Assembly (NCBI GenBank): GCA_035457725.1 | Contig: DATIBC010000057.1 | Span: 3,258-67,257 of the forward strand | Direction of reading: 5' to 3' | DNA from: Alphaproteobacteria bacterium | Lineage (GTDB): Bacteria > Pseudomonadota > Alphaproteobacteria > CACIAM-22H2 | Length of the DNA: 64,000 nucleotides | Shown: positions 32,349 to 41,724 of the stretch, in pieces | How positions within the stretch are numbered: position 1 is the stretch's first letter | Layout of the letters: each line of letters begins with the position of its first letter | The notes under the pieces: model-generated | What the model was told of the DNA's origin: nothing | Databases searched by the model: none | Seen by the model: the letters and a program-made list of their open reading frames with translations, nothing else | Translations under genes and position numbers: made by a program

Positions 32349-33470
32349 ATGGCGATCGAAACTCCGCTCAGCAGGCGGCTTGGGTTGCGCCATCCGATCA
32401 TCCAGGCACCGCTCGCCGGCGGAGGCGACACCCCAGCTCTGGTCGCCGCGGTGAGCGACGCTGGCGCGCTCGGTTTCATCGGCGCCGCATACTTGACCGC
32501 GGCCCAAATCGCCGAAACGGCCAGGGTAGTGCGGGCCATGACAACGCGGCCTTTCGGGATCAACCTTTTCATTGCGACGCCGCTCTCCGAAACGCCGAAC
32601 GACCCCAGTCCTGCAATTGCGCGCCTCGCGCCCTATTTCGCCGAGCTTGGGCTGCCGCCGCCGGCGCTCCCACAGACAAGCGCGTCTTCGTTCGACGCGC
32701 AGTTTGCCGCCGCGCTCGCCTCTGGCGCGGCAGTGTTCGGCTTCACGCTCGGTCTCATGGATGAGAGCGCGGCCGCAGCGGTCAAGGCGCGTAAGATGTT
32801 CCTCGTCGGAACCGCCACGACCGTCGAAGAGGCGACCGCGCTCGAACGGCGCGGCGTAGAGGCCGTCGTCGTGCAGGGCAGCGAGGCGGGCGGACATCGC
32901 GCCACCTTCGCAGGAGAGTTCGCGGGCGCGATGATCGGCACCATGGCGCTGGTGCCGCAGGTCGTCGATGCCGTGCGTATTCCGGTGATCGCTTCGGGCG
33001 GAGTAATGGACGGGCGCGGCATTGCAGCCTCGCTGGCGTTGGGCGCGGAAGCGGTGCAAATGGGGACCGCGTTCCTCGTCACGGCCGAAGCGGGCATCCC
33101 GGACGTTTACAAGCAGGCGATACTCACCGCCGCCGAGCACGAAACACGCATTACCAGGGCATTCTCCGGTCGGCCCGCGCGCGGCATCGTCAATCGCTTT
33201 ATGCGCGAAATCGACGCGGCGGAGCGCGAGGCCGCCGGCGACATCCTTCCCTTCCCGCTGCAGAACGCGCTGACGCGACCGTTGCGCGCCGAGGCGGCGA
33301 GGCGCGGCCGATCCGAGTTTCTTTCGCTATGGGCCGGCCAAGGCGTGCGCATGGCGCGCCCGCTGCCAGCGAGCCAACTCGTCGCACGGCTTGGCGAGGA
33401 GACCGTGGCGGCGTTGCGGCGTGTCTGCGCCGCGCCGCCTTCAGTTAGCTCCGCATTGCGGTCCGAGTGA
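32349..33470 (+). CDS. nitronate monooxygenase (NMO/2-nitropropane dioxygenase family)
   Basis: Starts at MAIETPLSRRLGLRHPIIQAPLAGG. Later GSEAGGH and ASGGVMDGRG motifs indicate an FMN TIM barrel. Confidence 0.85.
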   Translation: MAIETPLSRRLGLRHPIIQAPLAGGGDTPALVAAVSDAGALGFIGAAYLTAAQIAETARVVRAMTTRPFGINLFIATPLSETPNDPSPAIARLAPYFAELGLPPPALPQTSASSFDAQFAAALASGAAVFGFTLGLMDESAAAAVKARKMFLVGTATTVEEATALERRGVEAVVVQGSEAGGHRATFAGEFAGAMIGTMALVPQVVDAVRIPVIASGGVMDGRGIAASLALGAEAVQMGTAFLVTAEAGIPDVYKQAILTAAEHETRITRAFSGRPARGIVNRFMREIDAAEREAAGDILPFPLQNALTRPLRAEAARRGRSEFLSLWAGQGVRMARPLPASQLVARLGEETVAALRRVCAAPPSVSSALRSE

Positions 33471-33481
33471 TCCCGTTCTTT

Positions 33482-33769
33482 TCACCCGGCGGCGCCGTTG
33501 GTCGCCGTCGTCGGGTCGATCACGCGCTTGACCTCGGTGATCTTCGACGCCGGGAAGCCGCTGATCTCGGCGTGTTTGCGAATCACCGCCTCGCTCTCGG
33601 CAAGGTAGACGCAGAATGTCTTGTCGTTGGTGACGAATGACTCGAGCCACTGAATGTCGGCGCCGAGCCGCGCCAGGGCCGCGTTCGACTTTTTTGCCGC
33701 TTCGCGTAACTGTTCGCCTTCGAACTGGCCAACTTTGGGAATCTCGCGCTCGATAACGTAGCGGTGCAT
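33482..33769 (-). CDS. DUF4242 domain-containing small protein
   Basis: 95-aa ORF. MHRYVIEREIP...WLESFVTNDKTFCVYLAESEAVIRKHAE matches my recollection of the DUF4242 family. Confidence 0.65.
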   Translation of the reverse strand: MHRYVIEREIPKVGQFEGEQLREAAKKSNAALARLGADIQWLESFVTNDKTFCVYLAESEAVIRKHAEISGFPASKITEVKRVIDPTTATNGAAG

Positions 33770-34000
33770 TGATCTGTCCTTTCGTCTGTTGATCGCGGCG
33801 AGCGATGGTTCGCCGTCGTGACGCTACGTCTAACTCCAGCTGGGGCGCCGGGATATCCGCCACCGGCCATCGTTATCCGCGCCAAGCAGAAATCGCAGCA
33901 CCGAAGGACTATCCGAAATCCGCAATAAACATCGCCACGGCTCGGCGGCGACTGCTTGGTCGACTTTCGCATGCTATGCTCGAAACGACGGGGGCAGCCA

Positions 34001-35011
34001 ATGAGTCTGGCGATAGCGCCGCGATTGGAAAACCGGCGCATCTTCCACAGCCGGGACGCCGAGGAAACGCGGGCATTCCTCGACGGAAAGGAATACCGCT
34101 TCGACATCGCGCCCAGGCAGGCGCGGCTTCTCGACGCGCGGATCAATGGCGTCTACATGCCCGACCTCTACGTCGGGTACGTCCAGTACGGCGCGGCATC
34201 GGTAGCGTTGTCGCCGGGATTGGCGCGCGGTGATTATTGGCTCCAATTGCCATTGCACGGACGGCTCGAAGCCGTTGTCGGCAGAGATCATGTGCCGTGC
34301 GATCCGAGCCGCGCCGCCATCCTCTCCCCCGGTCGCGACCGCTGTTGCCTCAGATCGGAAGCGGACAGCGCGCGCATCCAGGTCGCGCTCACCAAGGAGG
34401 CACTGGCCAGGCAGCTCTACGCCTTGCTCGGCGAGCCGCGCGAGGCGCCGGTCGACTTCGCGCCGGCGATCGATCTCACGAACGGACATGGCCGCAGTGT
34501 CGCGCGTTTCGTATGGATGGCGGTGGCCGATCTCGAACACGCCGATTCGGTGCTTTTGAATCCGAAGATCAAGAGCGCCTTCGAGCAGTTCATTGTCACC
34601 GCGCTATTGCTGTCGCAACCGCACAACCACAGCGACGCGCTGCGCCGGCAAAATCGGCCGATCGCGCCGCGCGACGTCAAACGCGCCATCGACTTCATGG
34701 AGGTCCATGTCGCGTCGACGCTGACGCTCGCCGATATCGTCGTCGCTTCCGGAGTGCCCGGCCGAACGTTGTTCAAGCATTTCCGCGATTTCAAGGGCGT
34801 CTCGCCGATGCAGTATCTGCGCAATGCGCGCTACACGCGAATTCGCGACGAGCTCTTGCGCGCCGACGCCGATGCGAGCGTGACCGAGATTGCGCTGCGT
34901 TGGGGCGTCGCGCATATGGGGCGATTTTCGGTCGAGTACCGTCGGCGCTTCGGCGAAAGCCCATCGCATACATTGGGCGGGCGCCGAAGCTCCAACACGC
35001 ATCGAGCGTGA
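34001..35011 (+). CDS. AraC-family transcriptional regulator
   Basis: C-terminal dual HTH (TLADIVVASGVPGRTLFKHFRDFKGVSPMQYLRNARYTRIRDEL...IALRWGVAHMGRFSVEYRRRFGESP). Start chosen at the ATG at 34001 (the track ORF starts at the TTG at 33956). Confidence 0.85.
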   Translation: MSLAIAPRLENRRIFHSRDAEETRAFLDGKEYRFDIAPRQARLLDARINGVYMPDLYVGYVQYGAASVALSPGLARGDYWLQLPLHGRLEAVVGRDHVPCDPSRAAILSPGRDRCCLRSEADSARIQVALTKEALARQLYALLGEPREAPVDFAPAIDLTNGHGRSVARFVWMAVADLEHADSVLLNPKIKSAFEQFIVTALLLSQPHNHSDALRRQNRPIAPRDVKRAIDFMEVHVASTLTLADIVVASGVPGRTLFKHFRDFKGVSPMQYLRNARYTRIRDELLRADADASVTEIALRWGVAHMGRFSVEYRRRFGESPSHTLGGRRSSNTHRA

Positions 35012-35139
35012 AACTAGACCGGAGATTGCCGACGGCGATCGATGATTCGGTGATCTATTGCCGGCATACAGGCTCGCCGGCGCTTGCAGCCCCGCTTATC
35101 GAGCCGAGCAGTCCGCCGAAGTCGGCTTCGGCACGCAAT

Positions 35140-36396
35140 TCACGCAGGTGAATATAGCGCCTTTACCTCATTGGATAGCGCTTCGTCCGGAGCCTCCAGT
35201 CGCCGACGGCATACGATCTCGGCGCGTCGGCTAATGCTCAAACTTGCGTCGTCGACGCGGCCGAAATTGTCGCCCTTCTCCTTGGTCGCGACCGCGCGTT
35301 TGAACCAGTCGATCGCGAGGTCGAACCGGCCGAGCATCGACAAGCAGTATCCCACTTGGTGCAGGCTGCTACCGACGCTTTCGTAGTCGATCCGACCGTG
35401 CGCATCGCCGCGCTCGCTCGCCTCGACGGCGCGCTCGAACCATGGCCGCGCCGACTCGAATTGCTGGGCCGACGACAGGCAGCAACCGATCAAATGAAAG
35501 GTGCAGCCCAAGCCCTCGTAATCGATCCGGCCGTCCAAGTCGCCCGCTTCCGCGGCGGCTATGGCGCTTTCGAGCCACGGCCGGCCAGCGTCGATTTGCC
35601 CGGCCGCCGACAAGCAATAGCCAACCTGGTGCATGCTTCTTCCCAGGCTGGCACGATTGACCCGGCCGTTGACATCGCCTTTCTCGGCCGCCGCGACCGC
35701 GCGCTCGAACCAGGGGCGAGCTGCATCGAACTGCCGAACAGCCGATAAGCAATACCCAACTTGGTGCAGGCTGCTGCCCAGGCTTTCGTAATCGACGCGT
35801 CCGGCGGCGTCGCCTTTTTCTGCGGCGGCGACCGAGTATTCGAACCACGCGCGGGCTGTGTCAAATTTACCTGCGGCGGACAAACAATATCCAGCTTGAT
35901 GCAAGCTGCGGCCGAGGCTTTCGTAATCGACGCGACCGATTGTGTCGCCCTTTTCCTTCGCTGCGGCGGCGCGTTCGAACCAGGTGAGGGCCGTCTCGAA
36001 CTGCCCGATCGCCAGCAAGCATTCGCCCACCTGGTGCTGGCTAGCGCCGACGCTCTCGTAATCGACGCGGTCGATCCCGGGGCCTTGCTCTTTGCTGCCA
36101 GCCGCGCGCTCGAACCATGTTTGCGCAGACTGGAACTGTCCGACGGAAAATAGGCAACGGCCCACTTCGTGAAGGCGTCTCCCCGTATCGTCGTCGAGCG
36201 GCGCGCCATCGGCCGAATGCCCTTGCAGGGCCGCCGGCGCGTCGGCGGAAACGGTCGCGTCGCTCGCCTCGATCGCGGAATCATCCTCACGCGCATCGTT
36301 CGACGATTTCGACGCGGCGTCCTCGGGCCGAAGGAAAACGTCGTCGGCGCGGCCCTGCGTCTCGTCGGGCGGGACGGTCGAAACCGGAAGTCCCAT
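35140..36396 (-). CDS. helical-repeat protein: acidic N-terminal region plus 7 tandem 45-aa TPR/Sel1-like repeats
   Basis: 418-aa ORF. The unit LHQVGYCLSAxGxFDxARPWFERAVAAAEKGDxxGRVDYESLGSS is repeated 7 times head to tail. No signal peptide or TM helix is evident. Confidence 0.8.
   Translation of the reverse strand: MGLPVSTVPPDETQGRADDVFLRPEDAASKSSNDAREDDSAIEASDATVSADAPAALQGHSADGAPLDDDTGRRLHEVGRCLFSVGQFQSAQTWFERAAGSKEQGPGIDRVDYESVGASQHQVGECLLAIGQFETALTWFERAAAAKEKGDTIGRVDYESLGRSLHQAGYCLSAAGKFDTARAWFEYSVAAAEKGDAAGRVDYESLGSSLHQVGYCLSAVRQFDAARPWFERAVAAAEKGDVNGRVNRASLGRSMHQVGYCLSAAGQIDAGRPWLESAIAAAEAGDLDGRIDYEGLGCTFHLIGCCLSSAQQFESARPWFERAVEASERGDAHGRIDYESVGSSLHQVGYCLSMLGRFDLAIDWFKRAVATKEKGDNFGRVDDASLSISRRAEIVCRRRLEAPDEALSNEVKALYSPA
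35230..36174 (-). repeat. 7 x 135-bp in-frame tandem repeat array inside the repeat-protein gene
   Basis: DNA strings recur at a 135-bp period, for example ggctttcgtaatcgacgcg near 35781 and 35917, with a close variant near 36050. The protein periodicity is 45 aa. Confidence 0.8.
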
Positions 36397-36500
36397 GGCG
36401 TGCCCCGCTTGTTTGATTCAGGCGTAGTTGCGATTAGCTGCATACTGCGACCATATGTTGAATAAACGGTAAAGATGTAAAGACGACGCAGCTAATTTAT

Positions 36501-36540
36501 CGACAGTTGTCGTAATTCAAGTCGCGAATACGACAACCGT
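36501..36540. promoter_or_regulatory. 12-bp-arm inverted repeat in the low-GC intergenic region (operator or terminator candidate)
   Basis: ACAGTTGTCGTA-N14-TACGACAACCGT (11 of 12 complementary). It sits between the aminotransferase stop and the repeat-protein start. No U-tract. Confidence 0.35.
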
Positions 36541-36665
36541 AGGATCAGCACGGACTCGATCACGCGCAGGTGTGGTAACGCCGTAATCTCCATTCAAGGG
36601 ATCGGCACAACATCAACCCATTACGGGTGAGGCAGCTTTTGGTGGGCGGACGAAGGTCCGCCGAA

Positions 36666-37838
36666 CTACGTGCCTCGCGCGCCCCGCCACTTCGCCAGCC
36701 GCCTGACCGCCTCGGCCATCTCCTCGGTGGTGCCGGCGAAGGAAAAGCGCACGAAAGCGCGGCCGCGCCCCTGGTCGAAGTCGGTGCCGGGCGTTGCCGC
36801 CACGCCCGCCTCGTCGAGCATGCGGCGGCAGAGTTCTTCGCTGTCGTTGGTCATGTGCGCCACGTCGGCATAGAGATAGAACGCGCCGTCGGCGGGCGCG
36901 AAGCGATCGAACCCGGCCTTGGGCAATTCGGCCAGCAATAGATCGCGGTTGGCGCGATAACGGGCGACGTTGGCGTCGAGTTCGTCCGCGGCGTCGAAGG
37001 CAGCCAGTGCCGCAAGCTGCGAGAGGCCTGGCGGCGAGATGTAGAAGTTCTGCGCCAGCACTTCGACCGCGCGCAGCAGATCCTCGGGCACCACCATCCA
37101 ACCGAGGCGCCAACCGGTCATCGAGTAGTATTTCGAGAAGCTGTTGATGACGATGGCGTGCGCGCTGTGCGCCAGCGCCGTCGTCTCTTTCATGCCGTAG
37201 GTGATGCCGTGATAGATTTCGTCGGAGATCAATCGCACGCCACGCGTTTCCGACCACGCGCAAAGCGCCGCGAGATCGCCAGGCGCCAACATGCTGCCGG
37301 TCGGATTGGCCGGGCTCGCGACGATCAGGCCCGCCAGCGGTCCAGGCGCGCCGTCGAGCAGCGCGGGCGTCGGCTGGAAGCGCGTGGCCGGCGTCGCCGC
37401 GATCGGTACCGTCGTTACATCGAGCGCCTGCAGGATATTGCGATACGCAGGATAGCCCGGCTCGGCGAACGCCACGCGATCACCGGCATCAAAGGCGGCG
37501 AGGAACGCCAGGAGGAACGCCGCCGATGAACCGGTCGTGACGACGATGCGCGCCGGATCGACTTCCGCGCCGTATCGGGCGTGATAATGCGTGGCGATAC
37601 GCTGGCGCAAACGCGCGATGCCGAGCGATTCGGTGTATCCGATGCGCTCGCTGGCGAGCGCCGCCGCCGCCGCCTCGCGCACCGCTTTCGGCGCCGGAGT
37701 GCCCGGCTGGCCGACTTCGAGATGAATCGCACGTTCATCGGCGGTTTTCGCCCGCGCGTCGCGCTCGACCGCGGCTCGGACGAAATCCATGACGATGAAG
37801 GGCGCGATTTGCGCGCGGCGCGACGCTTTGAAAGTCAT
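36666..37838 (-). CDS. class I/II pyridoxal-phosphate aminotransferase (aspartate/aromatic type)
   Basis: Starts at MTFKASRRAQIAPFIVMD. It has the SFSKYYSMTGWRLGW PLP-Lys motif. The track ORF is trimmed by 24 codons because those codons overlap the upstream GGT gene. Confidence 0.85.
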   Translation of the reverse strand: MTFKASRRAQIAPFIVMDFVRAAVERDARAKTADERAIHLEVGQPGTPAPKAVREAAAAALASERIGYTESLGIARLRQRIATHYHARYGAEVDPARIVVTTGSSAAFLLAFLAAFDAGDRVAFAEPGYPAYRNILQALDVTTVPIAATPATRFQPTPALLDGAPGPLAGLIVASPANPTGSMLAPGDLAALCAWSETRGVRLISDEIYHGITYGMKETTALAHSAHAIVINSFSKYYSMTGWRLGWMVVPEDLLRAVEVLAQNFYISPPGLSQLAALAAFDAADELDANVARYRANRDLLLAELPKAGFDRFAPADGAFYLYADVAHMTNDSEELCRRMLDEAGVAATPGTDFDQGRGRAFVRFSFAGTTEEMAEAVRRLAKWRGARGT

Positions 37839-37866
37839 CGCTGCGCGCCGGCCGTTGGGTCGGCGC

Positions 37867-39507
37867 TCACAGGTTTCCAGCCGCGTAGCCGAAGCCGCGG
37901 CGGTCGGCACGAAAGGCGCAGCGCCCCGGCGCCGCCGTCAGTCCGTCGGGGCAGTGGATGGCGTTGACGCGGCCGAGCGCCGGCGCGGTTTCGATACGGT
38001 AGCCGCGCGGCACCAACCCGCCGTCGGCCCGTTCGACCAGAGCGATATCGGGTATGCCCGAATAATGTACGCGCGGCGCGGCCATCGCCTCCTCCAGTGG
38101 ACGCGTATCGACCATCGCCCGTAGCATCGTATGCACCAGCGCCCCCGCCGCGGCCTCTCCGCCGCTCGACGATGCGGCGAAGACGAGCTGCCCCGCCGTT
38201 CCCCGCACGCCAACCACCGGCGCCAAGACCTGTGGGCCGATGCCGTCGGCCTCGGGCGAGGATGCGGGGACGAAACCGAGCCCCGGCAACAACTGCCCGG
38301 CGCCGAAAGGCCTGTGGAGGGAGACCGCGCAGGCGACCGCGCCGCCTGCGTTGTCGGCGACGACGAAGCTGGTCGACGGCGAGCGGCCCGGGGGCTGTGG
38401 CGGGTTGGCGCGCAGTGCCGCCGGCGCGGCGCGCCGCCCCGATTCATAATCAGCCATCATGGTTTCGGCCCGACGCTCGCTGACCAATTCGCCAATCGCG
38501 CCGGCGACGGTAAGATCGGCGCGTTGCCAACGATCGCGCGCCGCCATGACGCGGAGGCTCGCCGCCGCGAACATGTGGGCGCGCTCGTCCTCGGGGGCGC
38601 GGCGCCAGCGCGGCTCGAGCACGCGCCAGAGTTGGGCCTCCAGCAGGCCGGAAGTCGCCGGCGGCGGCGCGAAGTGCAGCGCCAAATCGCCCCACCGCAG
38701 CGTGATCGAAGCGCGCCAATCAGGCGCCGCGTCGCGCAAGTCGTCGATGTCGATACGGCCGCCGATCGACGCCGTCGTTTCGACAAAGCGGCCGCCAAGC
38801 GGCCCGCCATGGAGATCGCCGGGTCCGCGAAGGCGCAGCGCGGCGAGGGTACCGGCAAGCTCGGGCTGGATCAGCCGATCGCCTTCGTCGAGCAGCGAGC
38901 CGTCGGCTCGCGTCAGCAAGCGGCGTAGGCCCGGATCTTGAAACGTCGTCGCCGGCAATGCCGCGAGTTCGCGGGCCAGCGCCCGCGACACCGGCGCCCC
39001 GTCGCGGGCCATGCTCTCCGCTGGCGCCACGATTTGCGGCCAACGCAGCCTCCCATACTTCGCTTGCAGGGCGAACATCCCGCGCGCGTTCATGGGCAGG
39101 GCGACCGCGCCGCCCTCCTCGGGCGCGCGCGCCGCGAAGTCGAGCGCCTCGGTGCGATTGACCACCGGATCGTAGACGACGCACATGCCGCCGCCGCCGA
39201 GTCCGGCCGAATTCGGCAATGTGACGGCGAGCACGAAATACATAGCCGCCGCGGCGTCGGCGGCGCTGCCGCCGTTTTCGAGTATGATGTGGCCGATGCG
39301 CGCCGCTTGCGGCTCGTCGGCGACCGCGCCGCCGGCGAAGTTGGCCGGGGCAGTGGCCGTGGCGGTACCGCGCGAGCACGCCGAAAGTGCGAGCGCCGCA
39401 ATCGCCGCGATGACCGCAACGGTCACAGGGGCAGCCGATTGACGGGGACTGTCGCGATGCCTACGTTTTACAAGGAAAAATGGAATTCGCGACGTGTTGA
39501 AGCGCAT
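37867..39507 (-). CDS. gamma-glutamyltransferase family protein, probable lipoprotein
   Basis: 546-aa ORF with a lipobox-like LALSAC, GGGGMCVVYD and a conserved Thr-nucleophile region (PSTSFVVAD). The start is uncertain: the ATG at 39507 overlaps the divergent M48 gene start, and a downstream GTG also gives a signal peptide. Confidence 0.75.
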   Translation of the reverse strand: MRFNTSRIPFFLVKRRHRDSPRQSAAPVTVAVIAAIAALALSACSRGTATATAPANFAGGAVADEPQAARIGHIILENGGSAADAAAAMYFVLAVTLPNSAGLGGGGMCVVYDPVVNRTEALDFAARAPEEGGAVALPMNARGMFALQAKYGRLRWPQIVAPAESMARDGAPVSRALARELAALPATTFQDPGLRRLLTRADGSLLDEGDRLIQPELAGTLAALRLRGPGDLHGGPLGGRFVETTASIGGRIDIDDLRDAAPDWRASITLRWGDLALHFAPPPATSGLLEAQLWRVLEPRWRRAPEDERAHMFAAASLRVMAARDRWQRADLTVAGAIGELVSERRAETMMADYESGRRAAPAALRANPPQPPGRSPSTSFVVADNAGGAVACAVSLHRPFGAGQLLPGLGFVPASSPEADGIGPQVLAPVVGVRGTAGQLVFAASSSGGEAAAGALVHTMLRAMVDTRPLEEAMAAPRVHYSGIPDIALVERADGGLVPRGYRIETAPALGRVNAIHCPDGLTAAPGRCAFRADRRGFGYAAGNL

Positions 39508-40840
39508 TTCTTACCTGGCGACCAATGTTGTCGTCACGCTCGCGCTTGCGTTGCCGCCTGCCGAGGCGCAGCAGCGGCGAATCACGTTCGTTCGCGACGC
39601 GGAGATCGAAAATACCATCCGCGCCTTCGCCACGCCACTTTTCGGGGCGGCCGGCCTCGATCCGGCGGCGACCCAGGTCCATTTGGTCAACGACCCGTCG
39701 CTCAACGCCTTCGTCGCCAACGGCCTCAATATGTTCATCAATACGGGGCTTCTGGCGCGCTCGGAGAACGCCGGCCAGGTGATCGGCGTGATCGCGCATG
39801 AAACCGGCCACATCATGGGCGGCCATCTGGCGCGCCTGCGCGAAGGATTGAAGGGCGCGCTCGCCGAATCGATCGTCGCCCTGGTGCTTGGCGCCGCCGC
39901 GGCGGTCGCCTCGGGTCGCCCCGACGCCGGGGCGGCGGTGATCGCCGGCGGGCTGCAGAGCGCCGAGCGCGGCATACTTCGCTACAATCGCGAGCTCGAA
40001 AGTTCCGCCGACCAGTCGGCGATCAATCTGCTCGACCGCACCGGCCAGTCGGCGCAGGGATTGGCCGAGTTTCTCGATATCCTCGCCGATCAGGAGCTGT
40101 TGACCGAGAATCGTCAGGATCCTTACGTTCGCACCCATCCGATCAGTCGCGAGCGCGTCGAGTTCGTCCGCAACCACGTCGCGCAATCCCGCTATTCGAA
40201 CGTCCCCCCGAAACGCGAATTCGTCGAAATGCACGCCCGCATGCGCGCCAAGCTCCATGGCTATATCGATCCGCCGCGCGCGCTGAGGCTCTATCCCGAG
40301 ACCAACAATGCGCTCGAGGCACGCTATGCGCGGGCCATGGCCTACTCGCGCCAGCCCGATTACCCACGCGCCTTGGCGCAGATGGATTCGCTGATCGCCG
40401 AGCGGCCGAACGACGCCTATTTCATCGAAACCAAGGGGCAGATTCTGTTCGAAGCCGGAAGGCCCGCGGAAGCGCTGCCGCTTTACGAGCGCGCCGCGCA
40501 ATTGCTCCCCGACGAAGCGCTGATCCGCATCGGTTTGGCCCAGACGCAACTTGAGTTCGACGACCCCAAGATGACCAAGGCGGCGATCGCCAACCTCGAG
40601 TTGGCGCGGCGGCACGAGAGCGACAACGGCAGTCTGTGGCGTCTGCTGACCATCGCCTATGGCCGCGATGGACAGCTCGGCATGACCGCATTGGCGCAGG
40701 CCGAACGGGCGTTTTTGCAAAACCGCAAGGCCGAGGCGCGGGCGCATGCCGAGCGCGCCGAGCGCATTCTGCCATCGGGTTCGCCGGCGTGGCTGCGCGC
40801 CCAGGATATAAGGCAGGCCGCTCAGCGCGAACGCAACTAA
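39494..40840 (+). CDS. M48-family periplasmic metalloprotease with C-terminal TPR region (BepA-like)
   Basis: Signal peptide ending AEAQQ, HETGH zinc motif (IAHETGHIMGGH) and C-terminal TPR-like helices. The start is the GTG at 39494 or the TTG at 39497. Confidence 0.82.
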   Translation: MLKRISYLATNVVVTLALALPPAEAQQRRITFVRDAEIENTIRAFATPLFGAAGLDPAATQVHLVNDPSLNAFVANGLNMFINTGLLARSENAGQVIGVIAHETGHIMGGHLARLREGLKGALAESIVALVLGAAAAVASGRPDAGAAVIAGGLQSAERGILRYNRELESSADQSAINLLDRTGQSAQGLAEFLDILADQELLTENRQDPYVRTHPISRERVEFVRNHVAQSRYSNVPPKREFVEMHARMRAKLHGYIDPPRALRLYPETNNALEARYARAMAYSRQPDYPRALAQMDSLIAERPNDAYFIETKGQILFEAGRPAEALPLYERAAQLLPDEALIRIGLAQTQLEFDDPKMTKAAIANLELARRHESDNGSLWRLLTIAYGRDGQLGMTALAQAERAFLQNRKAEARAHAERAERILPSGSPAWLRAQDIRQAAQRERN

Positions 40841-41610
40841 TGGCGCGCGCGAAGTTCCTGGCGATCGTCCTTCTGCTCGCCCAATCGATCCTCGCTTGCT
40901 CGCCGACCACCGAAACTTCGCCGCCTGCCGCGTCCGAAGGCACCGCGTTGCGCCGCAGCGGCGAAACGATCATCGTCTTTCAGCCGAGTGTCGACTTCAG
41001 TGGCGCAACGCCGATCGCGCCGTGGCGCGTCGCAGCCGAACCACCGCAAGCGGGCGGATTCGCTCTCGCCGATCTCGAGCGGCATGGAGTGCTTCGCGTC
41101 GACGCTTCCAGCGGCGCGCTGCTGGTGCGAACCGTGCGCGCCCCGCTCGCGGCCAATCCCAAGCTTCGCTGGGCTTGGTATCTCGAACCGAGCCATTTCG
41201 GCGGCGGCGCCGGGCTAGGCCTCGATCGCGGGTTGCGGATCGAGATCGGCTTTTCTGACGGCGCGCCGTCGTCGTGGTCCGCCTCGGGCGATCTGCCGCC
41301 GCACGATCGCCGAGTTGATATCGCGCTGGCCGGCGTCGGCGCGCCGAACGCCGAATTCGCCAGCCATTCGCTTTACGCGGTTTCGGACAAGGGCGTCCGG
41401 CGTACGCTTATCCCGGCTTCCGGCGAAGCCGCCGGCCGATGGCGGATCGAGGAGGTCGATCTGGCAGCCCTGCATCGCGCGCTTTGGCCGTCGCGCAAGG
41501 CCGACGGCGCAATCGTCGAATATATCGCCGTTGGCGGCATGCCCGGTACCTTGCCTTCGGGCGTGCCGCCAACGGTCGGGTATATCTCGGAGATTTTACT
41601 GACGCCGTGA
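40840..41610 (+). CDS. putative lipoprotein, function unknown
   Basis: MARAKFLAIVLLLAQSILAC has a lipobox. The ATG overlaps the M48 TAA stop (TAATG). 256 aa. The family is not confidently recognised. Confidence 0.6.
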   Translation: MARAKFLAIVLLLAQSILACSPTTETSPPAASEGTALRRSGETIIVFQPSVDFSGATPIAPWRVAAEPPQAGGFALADLERHGVLRVDASSGALLVRTVRAPLAANPKLRWAWYLEPSHFGGGAGLGLDRGLRIEIGFSDGAPSSWSASGDLPPHDRRVDIALAGVGAPNAEFASHSLYAVSDKGVRRTLIPASGEAAGRWRIEEVDLAALHRALWPSRKADGAIVEYIAVGGMPGTLPSGVPPTVGYISEILLTP

Positions 41611-41724
41611 GCCGTGCCGGCTTGTCGGCGCGCATTCGTTATCGGACAATTAACCAAACTCGGCAAAGCTGAGGTTAACTGTGCGGCGCCGCCGCCGCTC
41701 CTCTCCACGGATAAGGGATCTCCT

